IMG/VR virus record: IMGVR_UViG_3300020440_000014
Span: 8,781 to 72,780 of that record
Length of the DNA stretch: 64,000 nt
Source: a virus
Taxonomy: Duplodnaviria > Caudoviricetes
Strand: one strand, 5' to 3'
The translations under genes and the position numbers were made by a program. Each line of letters opens with the position of its first letter. Within the stretch, counting starts at the first letter, position 1. The notes beneath the pieces are model-generated. The model made no database searches, was not told the DNA's origin, and worked only from the letters and a program-made list of their open reading frames with translations. This document shows positions 1-10,800 of the stretch, in pieces.

Positions 1-293
1 GGGAATAATTGTTTCTTTGGTTTAACTTCGATGATTTCTCTAATAATTTGTTTGTCTTTGTTTATATACTTTATATAGAAATCAGGAAAGTATCTATGGA
101 CTTTTTTATCGATAGGACTTCTATAAGGTATGATAAGTTCTTCTGAACCCCATTCAAGTATTGCATCATTATTATCACACCAGACCATGAATCGTCTTTC
201 TAGAAGAGAACGATAGAAGATTTTTGTTGGGTCGCCTTTATATTTTTTGTAGTTCTTTGGTTTGAATCTGCCGCTATATGGTTTTTTAGACAT
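1..293 (-). CDS. gp4: Head completion protein / TnsA-like endonuclease (T4 gp4-like); runs off the window edge; not in the ORF track
   Basis: Manual translation of the minus strand from 293: MSKKPYSGRFKPKNYKKYKGDPTKIFYRSLLERRFMVWCDNNDAILEWGSEELIIPY...HRYFPDFYIK...IIEVKP. The YRS..E, W.SE, Y.PDF and EVKP motifs are typical of gp4. Confidence 0.9.
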   Translation of the reverse strand, partial: MSKKPYSGRFKPKNYKKYKGDPTKIFYRSLLERRFMVWCDNNDAILEWGSEELIIPYRSPIDKKVHRYFPDFYIKYINKDKQIIREIIEVKPKKQLF

Positions 294-329
294 AAATAGT
301 ATTACATAATTTGATTAAAGGTATTTATA
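292..329. promoter_or_regulatory. Divergent pair of T4-type late promoters: CATAAATA (+, 292-299) for gp48 and TATAAATA (-, 322-329) for gp4
   Basis: Matches to the gp55-dependent TATAAATA consensus; each overlaps or abuts the start region of the opposite gene. Confidence 0.7.
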
Positions 330-332
330 CAC

Positions 333-1502
333 ATGGCATATATCGACAAACTCATTGGTAAATTCAATAAAGCACAAAACGCCGTAAACTCTTTAAAAGG
401 AGTTGCAGCTAAATTACAATCAATTAATTACAATACTGCTTTAGATGCATTAGGCGAACAAAAAGCAGAAGTATTAGAAAAGATTAAAGATAGAAGAAGT
501 TCTTTACAAAGTAGTCTTGATGCAAAAAACTTAACTTCAAAAAAATTGTTAAAATCAGTACCTAGTAATCGTCCTGTAGAATTAGTATATCCTTTACATG
601 ATGAATTAGCAAATTATCTAGTGTTTGATATTCGCCCTAGAAGAGATGTTGGTAATGTAGGAGGCGGAAGTGAAAATTCTTCAACTGAAGCTAATTCAAT
701 TGCACTATATGTACCAGACGGAATTGTATCAACTGCTGTAACTGAATACGAAGTAAAGAGTATGGGTGCTTTAGGTACTGCTGTAATGAATATCAAAAAG
801 GCGATAGATTCGCCACAAAATGATTTAGCACAAGCAATAGGCGATAATGCAGGTCAAATGATTTCAGGTATGATGTCCGAAATGACAGACGGAATAACAG
901 GTGGTCTATCAAACTTAGCAGTAGGTCAAGCAGTTAATCCAAGAGAAGAACAAACACTTAGAGGTATACCTTTTAGAACTTGGAATTTTACATTCGATTT
1001 TTATCCTAGGTCACCAAATGAAGCAAAACTAGTAAATGAAATAATTTATACGTTTAGAAATTCTATGTTACCAAATACAACGTCAGTAAATTTTTTCAAA
1101 GGTTCAAATAAAAAAGAAGTTGGGTCAAAAGAACAAATAACACCTAACTATTTTAACTATCCAAATGTCTTTGATATTTACTTTGATGGTCCTGTAGCTG
1201 GTAAGATAGATGGTTTTCTACCTTCTGTTTTAACATCATGTGAAGTTGACCATACAGGTGGTCAAAAATTTGCAACGTATTACGATGGTCAAATATTAAA
1301 AACATCTATGACATTAGCATTTCAAGAAATCAGAATTCTTAGTCAAAATAATTACAATAGAATATCTGCTCTTAAACAATCAGAAAACGGATTAGTAGAA
1401 AGGTCAAACGAAGAAAGAGCTGATGCATTAGCAGATGGTGGTAATAGTATTTTTGATAGACGTTCAAGACAGAACTTTGACCAAGAAGGTGGTAATACAT
1501 AA
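333..1502 (+). CDS. gp48: Baseplate tail-tube cap/junction protein
   Basis: NP.EEQTLRGIPFRTWNFTFDFYPRS..EA, YPNVFDI and LTSCEVD motifs; divergent from gp4 and upstream of gp53. Confidence 0.8.
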   Translation: MAYIDKLIGKFNKAQNAVNSLKGVAAKLQSINYNTALDALGEQKAEVLEKIKDRRSSLQSSLDAKNLTSKKLLKSVPSNRPVELVYPLHDELANYLVFDIRPRRDVGNVGGGSENSSTEANSIALYVPDGIVSTAVTEYEVKSMGALGTAVMNIKKAIDSPQNDLAQAIGDNAGQMISGMMSEMTDGITGGLSNLAVGQAVNPREEQTLRGIPFRTWNFTFDFYPRSPNEAKLVNEIIYTFRNSMLPNTTSVNFFKGSNKKEVGSKEQITPNYFNYPNVFDIYFDGPVAGKIDGFLPSVLTSCEVDHTGGQKFATYYDGQILKTSMTLAFQEIRILSQNNYNRISALKQSENGLVERSNEERADALADGGNSIFDRRSRQNFDQEGGNT

Positions 1503-2236
1503 TGGCAAACGAATTCTTTAAAAACTTTCCTAAAATACAATACAAAATGGATGATGGTAAAATCATCTTCATTAAAGATTGGTTTCGTAAATCTAAGATA
1601 GAACAAGATGCAGTTAATTCTTTAGTCGAATACACACATTATGAAGTGAAAGAAGGCGATAGACCAGATGTAGTTGCAACAAAACTATATGGTAATCCAG
1701 ATTTACATTGGACATTTTTTCTAGTAAATGATTTTGAAAATTATTACGACTGGTATATGGACAATGAGATATTTGCTAAGTACTTAGACAAAAAATATCA
1801 CGGACAATTTTTAATCTTTTCGAGTTCATTAGATGTCATCAATAATTCAAATCCAAATAATATCACAAAATTTCTACTAGGTGAAAAAATAACAAGTGTA
1901 TCAGCAGAAGGCAGAATTGTATCAGTAGAACCAACATTCAAAAGAATTGCAGTCGACTCAACAGGATTTAAAGCAAACGAATCTATTACAGGTGCTGTAA
2001 GCACAACTCACGGTTCAAAAACACCAATCAGTGTTGTTAACAGAGTAGATGGTATTTTTGAATATAAAAATCCTACAACAGGAATCAAACGTAATTCTGA
2101 AGCTTCAGGATTTACAAGTGTGTCTATTTTAGACCACGAAATAGAAGAGAACGAAAAAAAGAGAAAGATAAAAGTTATCAGACCTGACCTTATCAACGGA
2201 GTTGTTCGAAGATTTGAGAAGGTAATGTTGTCATGA
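1502..2236 (+). CDS. gp53: Baseplate wedge subunit (LysM-like)
   Basis: FFKNFPKIQY N-terminus, GDRPDVVATKLYGNPDLHW, and C-terminal NEKKRKIKVIRP. Confidence 0.9.
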   Translation: MANEFFKNFPKIQYKMDDGKIIFIKDWFRKSKIEQDAVNSLVEYTHYEVKEGDRPDVVATKLYGNPDLHWTFFLVNDFENYYDWYMDNEIFAKYLDKKYHGQFLIFSSSLDVINNSNPNNITKFLLGEKITSVSAEGRIVSVEPTFKRIAVDSTGFKANESITGAVSTTHGSKTPISVVNRVDGIFEYKNPTTGIKRNSEASGFTSVSILDHEIEENEKKRKIKVIRPDLINGVVRRFEKVMLS

Positions 2237-3699
2237 GTGAAAATTTTATACCAGGTGAGGTAGTCATTGATTCTATCACACTCGTCAATCAAGAAGGAGA
2301 TGTTATTGACCTCAAAAGTATTTGTGGTCAAATAGATATTTTCGAATCTATCAATGAGGGATTTCTAACAGGCAGATTATCTATTGCAGATGGTCTTGGT
2401 ATTTTTAGACGATATAAAATTTTAGGTCAAGAACACATAACAATTCGTTATCGTGCAAAACTTCAACATGAATTTGAATCTGGTGATTTCTCAGTTGAAA
2501 AAGTTTTTAGAGTATATAAAGTTTCTAATATGAGGGCACCTGAGTTTCATACTTATGGTTATGTTCTACACATTATAGAACCAAAATATCTTACATGTAT
2601 ACGTAAAAGATTATCTAAAGTCATGAGAGGTTCTTATTCAGAAATACTTTTACAAACACTTCTTAAAGATGCACAATTTGAAAAACTTCCTAAAAATAAT
2701 AGAATTGATTATTGGGAAGAAACATTGCCCGAGAATCAACAATTGATATGTCCTAATTGGTCTATTGCAAAGTTAATTGAATATATCGTAGAAAATGCCA
2801 ATAAGGGAGAAGATGCCGTATATAAAAATAGCATGTTCTTTTATCAGACTTTGATAGGTGGGTTTAAGTTCATGTCACTAAATCAAATGGTGAGTGGCGA
2901 AAATGACCACGTTGTTGAATTTGATTTCTTACCGAGAAACTTTGATATTGACCAAGAGAATCGTGGTTCAAATGAACCATTAGGCGGACAATCAACTAGA
3001 ATTTTACATTTCGAAATAGTACAAAGAGGCGATACCGTAAGAGGTATATCAGCAGGCGCTTATAGTTCTATGCTAAAAACGTATGACCCAATTCGTAAAT
3101 TAGAAAAAGAAATCGTATTCGATTTAGGTGAAAATTTTAAAAAGAAAGGCAAAAAACATCTATCAGGTTTTCCACTTTTAAGATTAGACGAAGACGAAGT
3201 TGTTCATATGGGTGTAGTACCTTTAACAGATGATGAAGATTATACTTACAACGAAATAGGTGCTGAACTTGCTTTAAACAAAAGTATCGATGATAGAACT
3301 TTCTATCGTGTGAATCCTACAAATGCATTTAGTGATAAACAAGCTCTGCAAGACACATCTCAGTATGTAGGAAATGAACAAATGGATTCAGGTATGTTAG
3401 AAAGAAATAGTATGTCAATTGCTTTATCATCACACACATACAAAGTTACAATACCTGCTAGAACAGATATGACATCAGGTATGGTCGTTAATTTAAAATT
3501 GCCTGGTGGTGTTATAGATAAAAACGATGAAGATATTTTAAACGATGATAGATATCTTATCACACATATACATCACGTCATAAATCCACAACAGGCAAGA
3601 GGCACGATGGTCATGAATGTAGTTAAAGAAAGTTTTGCAGAAGACATTCGAAAGGTCGACCCATTAAAAGATTATGAAGGATTTAAGCAAGATGACTAA
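2233..3699 (+). CDS. Putative baseplate hub protein (gp27-like)
   Basis: Lies between gp53 and gp5; N-terminus IDIFESINEGFLTGRLSIAD and C-terminus G.VVNL...YLITHIHHVI resemble hub/gpD-like proteins. Confidence 0.6.
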   Translation: MSENFIPGEVVIDSITLVNQEGDVIDLKSICGQIDIFESINEGFLTGRLSIADGLGIFRRYKILGQEHITIRYRAKLQHEFESGDFSVEKVFRVYKVSNMRAPEFHTYGYVLHIIEPKYLTCIRKRLSKVMRGSYSEILLQTLLKDAQFEKLPKNNRIDYWEETLPENQQLICPNWSIAKLIEYIVENANKGEDAVYKNSMFFYQTLIGGFKFMSLNQMVSGENDHVVEFDFLPRNFDIDQENRGSNEPLGGQSTRILHFEIVQRGDTVRGISAGAYSSMLKTYDPIRKLEKEIVFDLGENFKKKGKKHLSGFPLLRLDEDEVVHMGVVPLTDDEDYTYNEIGAELALNKSIDDRTFYRVNPTNAFSDKQALQDTSQYVGNEQMDSGMLERNSMSIALSSHTYKVTIPARTDMTSGMVVNLKLPGGVIDKNDEDILNDDRYLITHIHHVINPQQARGTMVMNVVKESFAEDIRKVDPLKDYEGFKQDD

Positions 3700-4990
3700 T
3701 TGGTACTACGGCATAATTGAAGATAGAAACGACCCATTACAAATTGGTCGTGTTAGAGTTCGTGTACATGGTGTTCATACAGACAATAAACAATTCATTG
3801 CAACACCCGACTTACCATGGTCTCAAGTTTTAGTACCAACATCAAGTGCAAGTTTATCTGGATTTGGTCATAGTCATGGACTTGTTGAGGGTTCTAGTGT
3901 TTTTGGAATGTTTCGTGACGATGATTTACAAGACTTTGTTGTCTTTGGTGGTGTTGCAGGTTATTCTCAAAAAGGATATAAAGAAACAATTACAGGTGAA
4001 ATACTAGATAGGTCACCTGATAAAGGTTTTAATGACCCAAGACGAGCAACTGAAGCTGATTATAAAGATACAGCAGATGGTTTAAATCCACCAGCAGGTA
4101 AGAGACCAAATAGTCTAGCATTAGCATTAGATAAATCACCGCATCTTCCAGATTCACTTACTATAAATTATGACGGTTCAGGAAGTACTATTACTGAACC
4201 AACAGATAAAACTTTACCTTATTACCCATTAGCAGATTATTATGATGAATCAGACATCAATAGATTTGCAAGAGGTCAAGGTACATATGATATCAGAGAT
4301 AACTTACCAGAAAAATTCAAACTTTCAATCGACAGAAGTGGTACAATGTATCCTTTCAATAAAGTTCATCATACCGAATCAGGTCATTTAATTGAGATGG
4401 ACGATTCAGTTGGTGCAGAAAGACTTGCTGTTCAACATAGGTCTGGAACTTTCTATGAAATACATAAAGACGGTTCTGAAGTTCATCAAATAGTAAACGA
4501 CCATGTCACCGTTACAGCAAAAGATGATAAAGTTTATATTGGTGGTAATGCTGATGTTGTTGTTGAGAGTGGTAATGTAACAATCAATGTTAATACTGGT
4601 AATGTTGACTTAACGGTAGCAAAAGGAAACGTTACAGAAACCATATCTGAAGGTAACGTGACATCATCAATCACAAAAGGTAATTTCACAGGAGATATAG
4701 GTGGTAATTTCAAAGGAGACATAGGCGGAACTACTGATATATCTTCTTCAGGTAAAGTTACATTGACAGGTAACTCTGGTACAGAAATTATATCAGACAC
4801 AACCGTAACAGGAACATTAAACGTAACAGGTGCTACGAAATTGCAATCAACTTTAAATGTATCAGGTTCTCAAACTAATAGTTCTACTATAACTGCAAGT
4901 GGTGATGTTAAAGGTGCTGGTATATCTCTTAAAACACATACACACGTTGTAGGCGGAAGTGCAGCTCCTTCAACAGGACTTCCAAAGTAA
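3692..4990 (+). CDS. gp5: Baseplate central spike (gp5-like): OB fold plus beta-helix, no lysozyme domain, HxH apex
   Basis: GIIEDRNDPLQIGRVRVRVHG OB fold; YPFNKVHHTESGHLIEMDD..GAERL; VxG-type repeats; ends ISLKTHTH. Start moved to ATG 3692, overlapping the upstream stop. Confidence 0.9.
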   Translation: MTNWYYGIIEDRNDPLQIGRVRVRVHGVHTDNKQFIATPDLPWSQVLVPTSSASLSGFGHSHGLVEGSSVFGMFRDDDLQDFVVFGGVAGYSQKGYKETITGEILDRSPDKGFNDPRRATEADYKDTADGLNPPAGKRPNSLALALDKSPHLPDSLTINYDGSGSTITEPTDKTLPYYPLADYYDESDINRFARGQGTYDIRDNLPEKFKLSIDRSGTMYPFNKVHHTESGHLIEMDDSVGAERLAVQHRSGTFYEIHKDGSEVHQIVNDHVTVTAKDDKVYIGGNADVVVESGNVTINVNTGNVDLTVAKGNVTETISEGNVTSSITKGNFTGDIGGNFKGDIGGTTDISSSGKVTLTGNSGTEIISDTTVTGTLNVTGATKLQSTLNVSGSQTNSSTITASGDVKGAGISLKTHTHVVGGSAAPSTGLPK

Positions 4991-4993
4991 TTG

Positions 4994-5001
4994 TATAAAT
5001 A
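4994..5001 (+). promoter_or_regulatory. T4-type late promoter TATAAATA
   Basis: Exact consensus 5 nt upstream of ATG 5007. Confidence 0.8.
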
Positions 5002-5006
5002 GTATT

Positions 5007-5429
5007 ATGGCTGAGTATCTAAAACCAAATTCTAAAGTAAACGCAGTAAAAGATGCTTATGTAGATTTGGATTTATTAATGAAACCACATCCAGTTACTG
5101 GCGATATAACAACAAAAAAAGATTCAGATGCAGTTAAAAGGTCAGTAAGAAATATTGTACTTACAAATAAGTTTGAAAGACCATTCAAACCAAATTTTGG
5201 TGGTAGTGTAAGAGATATGTTATTTGAATTAGACTCGTCAAGAAAAAAAACAAGATTCAAAAAAGAATTGATATCTTTAATAGAATCTTTAGAACCTAGA
5301 GTTTTCAATGTTTCAGTGGAACTAGGAGAAATGGGCGATTCAAATAGTCTAGATGTAAGAATATTCTATAGTATAACAAATGGTCTACCAAACCAAACAT
5401 CAGAATTTACGGTAACAAGGGTAAGATAA
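5007..5429 (+). CDS. gp25: Baseplate wedge subunit gp25
   Basis: DAVKRSVRNIVLT...ERPFKPNFG...LEPRV. Start placed at ATG 5007, after the late promoter. Confidence 0.92.
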   Translation: MAEYLKPNSKVNAVKDAYVDLDLLMKPHPVTGDITTKKDSDAVKRSVRNIVLTNKFERPFKPNFGGSVRDMLFELDSSRKKTRFKKELISLIESLEPRVFNVSVELGEMGDSNSLDVRIFYSITNGLPNQTSEFTVTRVR

Positions 5430-7300
5430 TGTCAATAAAAAGTTCAAATATAAACGCAACAGATTTAGATTTCGATGCTATTGCATCAAACATAAAAACA
5501 TACTTAAAAGGTCAAGATAAATTTAAAGACTACGACTTTGAAGGTTCTACAATGTCAGTTCTCATTGATATGTTAGCGTATGCTCAACATATTGGTGGTG
5601 TAAACACTAACATAGCTGCTTCAGAATTATTTTTAGACTCAGCACAAATTAGAAAGAATGTTGTATCAAGAGCAAAAGATTTAGGTTTCATACCTGCAAC
5701 AGAAAAGGCTTCAAGTGCCACCGTATCTCTCGATTTTAACGGCGTACTAAATCCAGATGGAACAATACCAAGTGTAAACGATATGATTTTACCAAGAGGT
5801 CATAAGTTTAGTTCAGTCTTTGATGGCGTAACTTATGAATTTGTAGTTTCAAAGTCAGTTACACCAAGTGTATCAGTAAATGATTTCAATTACGAATCGG
5901 TTGAAATTGTTCAAGGAACATATGTAACAGACTCATTTGTATTCGACTCACAAATAAAAAATGCAAAATTTGTTTTATCAAATGCTAGAGTCGATAGGTC
6001 TAAACTTTCAGTTTCAGTCAACTCAGCTGGTGTAGACACCACTTTTGCATTATCAACAGATGTGTCTAGCATAACATCATCTTCAGAAGTTTTCTATACT
6101 CAAGAAAATGAAGAAGGTTTCTTAGAAGTATATTTTGGTGACAATGTTTTAGGTAAAGGTTTAAAAGACGGAGATGTTATCAGTGTAACTTATATCGTTG
6201 TAGATGAAGTACACGCTGATGGTGCAAAAATATTTTCTTTATTACAATCAGTTAACGGATTTTCAAACGCAACGGTCACTACCATATCACCTGCAAATGG
6301 TGGCGCAGAAAAAGAATCAATCGAATCAATTAAGTTTAAAGCAACAAAATTCTATACATCACAAAACAGATTAGTTACATTAAACGACTACAAAGCAAAA
6401 GTTTCAGAATACTACCCTAACGCAGATGCAGTAGCAGTATGGGGTGGTGAAGACAATGACCCACCTGAATATGGAAAAGTTTTTGTATCGTTGAAACCTC
6501 AAAATGCTGATTATCTTTCTGAAGTGGAAAAAGCAGACGTGCAACTTAAGTTAAATCAACTTAACATGTTGACCGTAAGACCAGTCATTGTTAATCCAGA
6601 AATTATTAAAATTTTAATATCAAGTACATTTAAATACAACGATAATGAAACTACACTATCTAAGGGTGAACTCGAAGCTGTAGTTAAAAATTCAATTATA
6701 AATTTTGACAATACAAATCTTAATAACTTTGATGCAATTTTTAGACATTCAAATCTAGTGAAAGCTATCGATGAATCAGAGAAGTCTATACTTTCAAATA
6801 TTACAAATATAAGATTAGCTAAAAAGGCATCAATAACTTTAAATAAGTCTCTTGGTTTCAAAGTGAATTTAGGCAATTCTTTATATAATCCTCATGCAGG
6901 TCATAATTCAACGTCTGGTGGTATAACATCAACAACAGGTTTTTATATTTCAGGAGACTCAACAAACATACAATACTTCGATGATGACGGAAATGGTAAA
7001 ATTAGAAGATACATTCTGTCAGGTGGAGTAAGGTCAATACAAGACAGCGAGGCAGGTACAATAGACTATGTCTCAGGACAGATTTCGATTAATGCCGTCA
7101 ATATTACATCAACAATTAATACAGACACATCAATCGAATTCACCTTGATACCGAATAGTAATGATGTCATTGCAATTCGAGGTTCTTTAATTGATATTGA
7201 TATCGATAGAATCAGTGTCAAAGGTGAAGAAGACACCATCGCAAGTGGTGAAAGTAGTGCTGGTGTAGGTTATTCATCTACATCATCAACTAGTTATTAA
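5429..7300 (+). CDS. gp6: Baseplate wedge subunit gp6
   Basis: LDFD.I..NIKTYLKGQ..FKDYDFEGS, FLDSAQIRKNVVSRAKDLG, QNRLVTLNDY, WGGEDNDPPEYGKVF. Confidence 0.95.
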   Translation: MSIKSSNINATDLDFDAIASNIKTYLKGQDKFKDYDFEGSTMSVLIDMLAYAQHIGGVNTNIAASELFLDSAQIRKNVVSRAKDLGFIPATEKASSATVSLDFNGVLNPDGTIPSVNDMILPRGHKFSSVFDGVTYEFVVSKSVTPSVSVNDFNYESVEIVQGTYVTDSFVFDSQIKNAKFVLSNARVDRSKLSVSVNSAGVDTTFALSTDVSSITSSSEVFYTQENEEGFLEVYFGDNVLGKGLKDGDVISVTYIVVDEVHADGAKIFSLLQSVNGFSNATVTTISPANGGAEKESIESIKFKATKFYTSQNRLVTLNDYKAKVSEYYPNADAVAVWGGEDNDPPEYGKVFVSLKPQNADYLSEVEKADVQLKLNQLNMLTVRPVIVNPEIIKILISSTFKYNDNETTLSKGELEAVVKNSIINFDNTNLNNFDAIFRHSNLVKAIDESEKSILSNITNIRLAKKASITLNKSLGFKVNLGNSLYNPHAGHNSTSGGITSTTGFYISGDSTNIQYFDDDGNGKIRRYILSGGVRSIQDSEAGTIDYVSGQISINAVNITSTINTDTSIEFTLIPNSNDVIAIRGSLIDIDIDRISVKGEEDTIASGESSAGVGYSSTSSTSY

Positions 7301-7374
7301 TATGTATAAAGTGATTACGGAAATTACCGTAAGTAGCATCCCATTAACTTGGTTTTTATAGGAGGAAACTTAAA

Positions 7375-7863
7375 ATGGCGGATAAAAAAATAACAGCGCT
7401 AAATTTAATAGACGAGGCGCAAATTCACTCAGGAGATTTACTTCACATAGTAGATAGTCCTAGTGGCACACCAGTTAACAAAAAGTTAACTTTAGAAAGA
7501 TTGTTTAACAATATACCATCTTTTATAGCATTAGATGATATCGAGTCTTTAGACGAGTCATCAGCTGTATCATCTGGTATATCTGCTGGAGAAGCTGTAA
7601 CATTTTTAGATTTTACAGGTGAATCTGGTGGTGTAGACTTAGCCGTTGCTCTCGGAGCACCGACTCATGCAGGACAGGTTAAAATAATTGTTCGTAAAAA
7701 AGATGATGTAGCAATCAATGCTGACATTGATGTACCATCATCAAATTGGGTAACAGGAACATCATCTGATTCATTAGTAATGCCATCAAACTCAGCAGTG
7801 ATATTGATAGCAATTGCTTCAGTTTGGTATCCTGTATCAAACATTGGTGCAACGGTTAATTAA
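7375..7863 (+). CDS. Hypothetical virion structural protein
   Basis: MADKKITAL...GDLLHIVD...NKKLT N-terminus, common in phage fibre/structural proteins; strong GGAGG RBS. Confidence 0.6.
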   Translation: MADKKITALNLIDEAQIHSGDLLHIVDSPSGTPVNKKLTLERLFNNIPSFIALDDIESLDESSAVSSGISAGEAVTFLDFTGESGGVDLAVALGAPTHAGQVKIIVRKKDDVAINADIDVPSSNWVTGTSSDSLVMPSNSAVILIAIASVWYPVSNIGATVN

Positions 7864-7876
7864 TAAGTAGTAATTT

Positions 7877-10800
7877 ATGGCTCATCAAGACCACATTGTA
7901 GATAGATTATCGACTCGACTTAGTTCGCTTCTTCCTGATTATATCAAAGATGAAGCGCCTATATTCGAATCGTTTCTTGAAGCATATTTTGAATATCTTG
8001 AGAGTGAAATAATTACGCTTGATACAATCCAAGCACTAGAAGGTACGAAGTTCGAGGACGGTACTCAAATCGATGGAGGTTCACTTCTTATCGAAGAGGG
8101 TACCGACCCAACTGCACCCGACATAGCAAACGCTAAACTTTTACAAGAAGGTACAATCGACCCATTTCAAGTAGGTGAATACATCTACGGCGAATCAAAT
8201 GGTTCTATTGCAAAAATTAAAGTTATTAATGATAAAACACTTATCGTTGATACAATTTCAGGAACAGGTTTCGCTATTGGCGAAACAATTAAAGGTCGAG
8301 ATGGTAATCAAACTGCAACAATTAAAACATACAAAGAAAATTCAGTCGTTGCAAATAATAGATTATTAGATTACTCAGACATAGATTCAACACTTGAAAC
8401 TTTTTTAGAATACTTTCAAAAAGATTTCATACCATCTCTTGACCTAAAAGATACACAAAACAAAAGACTTACTCTTAAGAATATAGGTTCATTGTACAAA
8501 CAAAAAGGTACACCTGAATCTGTTCAATTCTTAATGAGATTGTTGTTTGGTCAAAATGCCACAATTAAATATCCAATAGACGAAACAACATCAGCTTCAG
8601 ATTCAGATTGGCAAGAAACCAGAAGAATGAATATAACTATGACTTCTGGTTTAGGTAAACCAAAAGCAACCGATAAAGTAGTACAATATAATCAGAATGA
8701 TGCATCTATAATCGATGCAGAAGCTGTAATAGAACAAGTACAAATTATTGATTTAAATAATTTTAGATATTCTATTTCTATAACCACAACACATAGAGGC
8801 GAATTTCAACCTAACAGACAAGTATCGATAATCGATAGAGACGGTATAACATCTTACGTAGCAAATGTTAAAGGTATTATTTCAGATATTTTACCTGATG
8901 AGTCTTCAACATCATTTGGTCTAGAAAACGAAAATGGTGAATTATTATTAGAAGATGGTTCTTCTATATTATTTGAAAACACATCGATTGGTTCGATGTA
9001 TAATATAAACGATGTCATTAATTTTACTGGTTCAAAAATAGATACAGGCGAAGTAGATGCCAAAGCAGTTGTAACAGGACTATCAAGAGGTCCAGTCGAA
9101 CATGTATATATTGAAAATGCAGGTTCAGGTTATTCTGCTGGAGACATTGTAATATTTGAAGATGAAAATACAGAAGGTGCTGGTGCAGAAGGTATAATTG
9201 AAGCAGTAGGCGATGAAATTATACTTGAAGATAGTATTGCATTAGACCAATACACATTGACTGCTACAGCAAATCAAACCACATTTGGTGGAGTCGATGC
9301 AGATGGAAATAGTATTCGAGATAATGGTGGAAAACCATTTGCATTAAATGGTTTAGATGTCAAAGTATTCGTAAACGGAATAGAGCAAAACAGAGACAAT
9401 TATGATGTTAGATTAGATAGAGTTGTATTTACTACAACACCAACGCCTGACGGTGGGGAAAAAGTGGAAGTCTTTTCTAGTTTTCAAAGAATTTTACAAG
9501 AAGATGGAGATGCTGTACATCTAGAATCTTCAGACCAAAGAATAAGAAGAGTTAAGATAACAAATGGCGGTTCTGGTTATCAAATTTTACCAAGAGTTTT
9601 TCCAGGTGGTTATCTATACTTCGATGATGTTTCAGGTTACACTGCTGGTGAATTAGTCACAGGTGCTGGTGGTGCTACAGGTGAGATATCTAAAATAGAT
9701 AATGCCAATAATAGACTCGTCATTAGAAGATTATCTACACATACAGGCACATTTAACACCAACGAAATTGTAACAGGGTCTTCTTCGTCTACAGCAAAAA
9801 CATGTACTCTCGCAAAAGTTACCTCAGGTACAGGTGGTAATTTATTCGCTTGGTCAACAAAAATTGGTGGTATCGAAAATATCAGAATATCAAGTCAAGG
9901 TTATGATTTCGATGAAAATGCTAGAGTAGCAAGCGATTCAACATTTAGTATATTGATGACAAATCCATCAGCTGAAGCCGATTTACAAAAAGATGTGGTT
10001 ATCACAGGTTCAGATTCAGGTTCAACTGCTAATATCATATCATTCGACAATCAAAGAAACATATTAAAGATTACTGGTTTAGATGGATTCTTTTTGCCTA
10101 ACGAAAAGGTTACATATGCTAATAATCAAAGTTTTCGTGTCTTACAATTCGACCCATACGATGCCAGAGGTAAGTTTGCAGGTGAGGGTATTATAAACGA
10201 TAATTTCTTTGGTGAAAAGAGTTATGTTTCAAATCAATATGCAAATTTACAAGATAGTAAATATTATCAATCACACTCATATGTAATTAGAGTAGGTGAA
10301 TCAATTGAAAAATATCGTTCTATTGTCAAAGATTTAGTTCATCCAGCAGGTCATTTATTTTTTGGTGAAGTTGCAGTAGAAAACATCATCGTATCAGATA
10401 CAAAAGGTGGTAGATTTAGTAGAAGAATCGATGTAGATGGTGTTGATAACTCTCTTGCATTAGAACAAAGACAATTTCTACCAACTTTAATTATACAATT
10501 AGAAGAAACAAGTCATCTCTTACTCGAAGATTCAACTAGAGATAATGTAAATCGCTTTGTTATGGAAGATGGTTTCACTTATGTTGAAGATGATGCCGCT
10601 TTCGAATCATCAGCATCAACAAAGAAAGAAACAATAGTTCTTGTACATACTAAGAAAGAAGAACTTGATTCATATAACATGTCTCATATATTAAGAGATT
10701 TTGTCCAACAAGCAACCAATCATGATAGAGACTATCTAGATGCTGGAAGACAAACAATAACACAAATTAAAAAATTCTTATCAAGTGAAACTGATACAAA

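Noticed and set aside
5007-5429. Lysozyme annotation often attached to gp25
   Set aside because: The sequence matches the structural gp25 wedge family; no catalytic lysozyme motif is evident.
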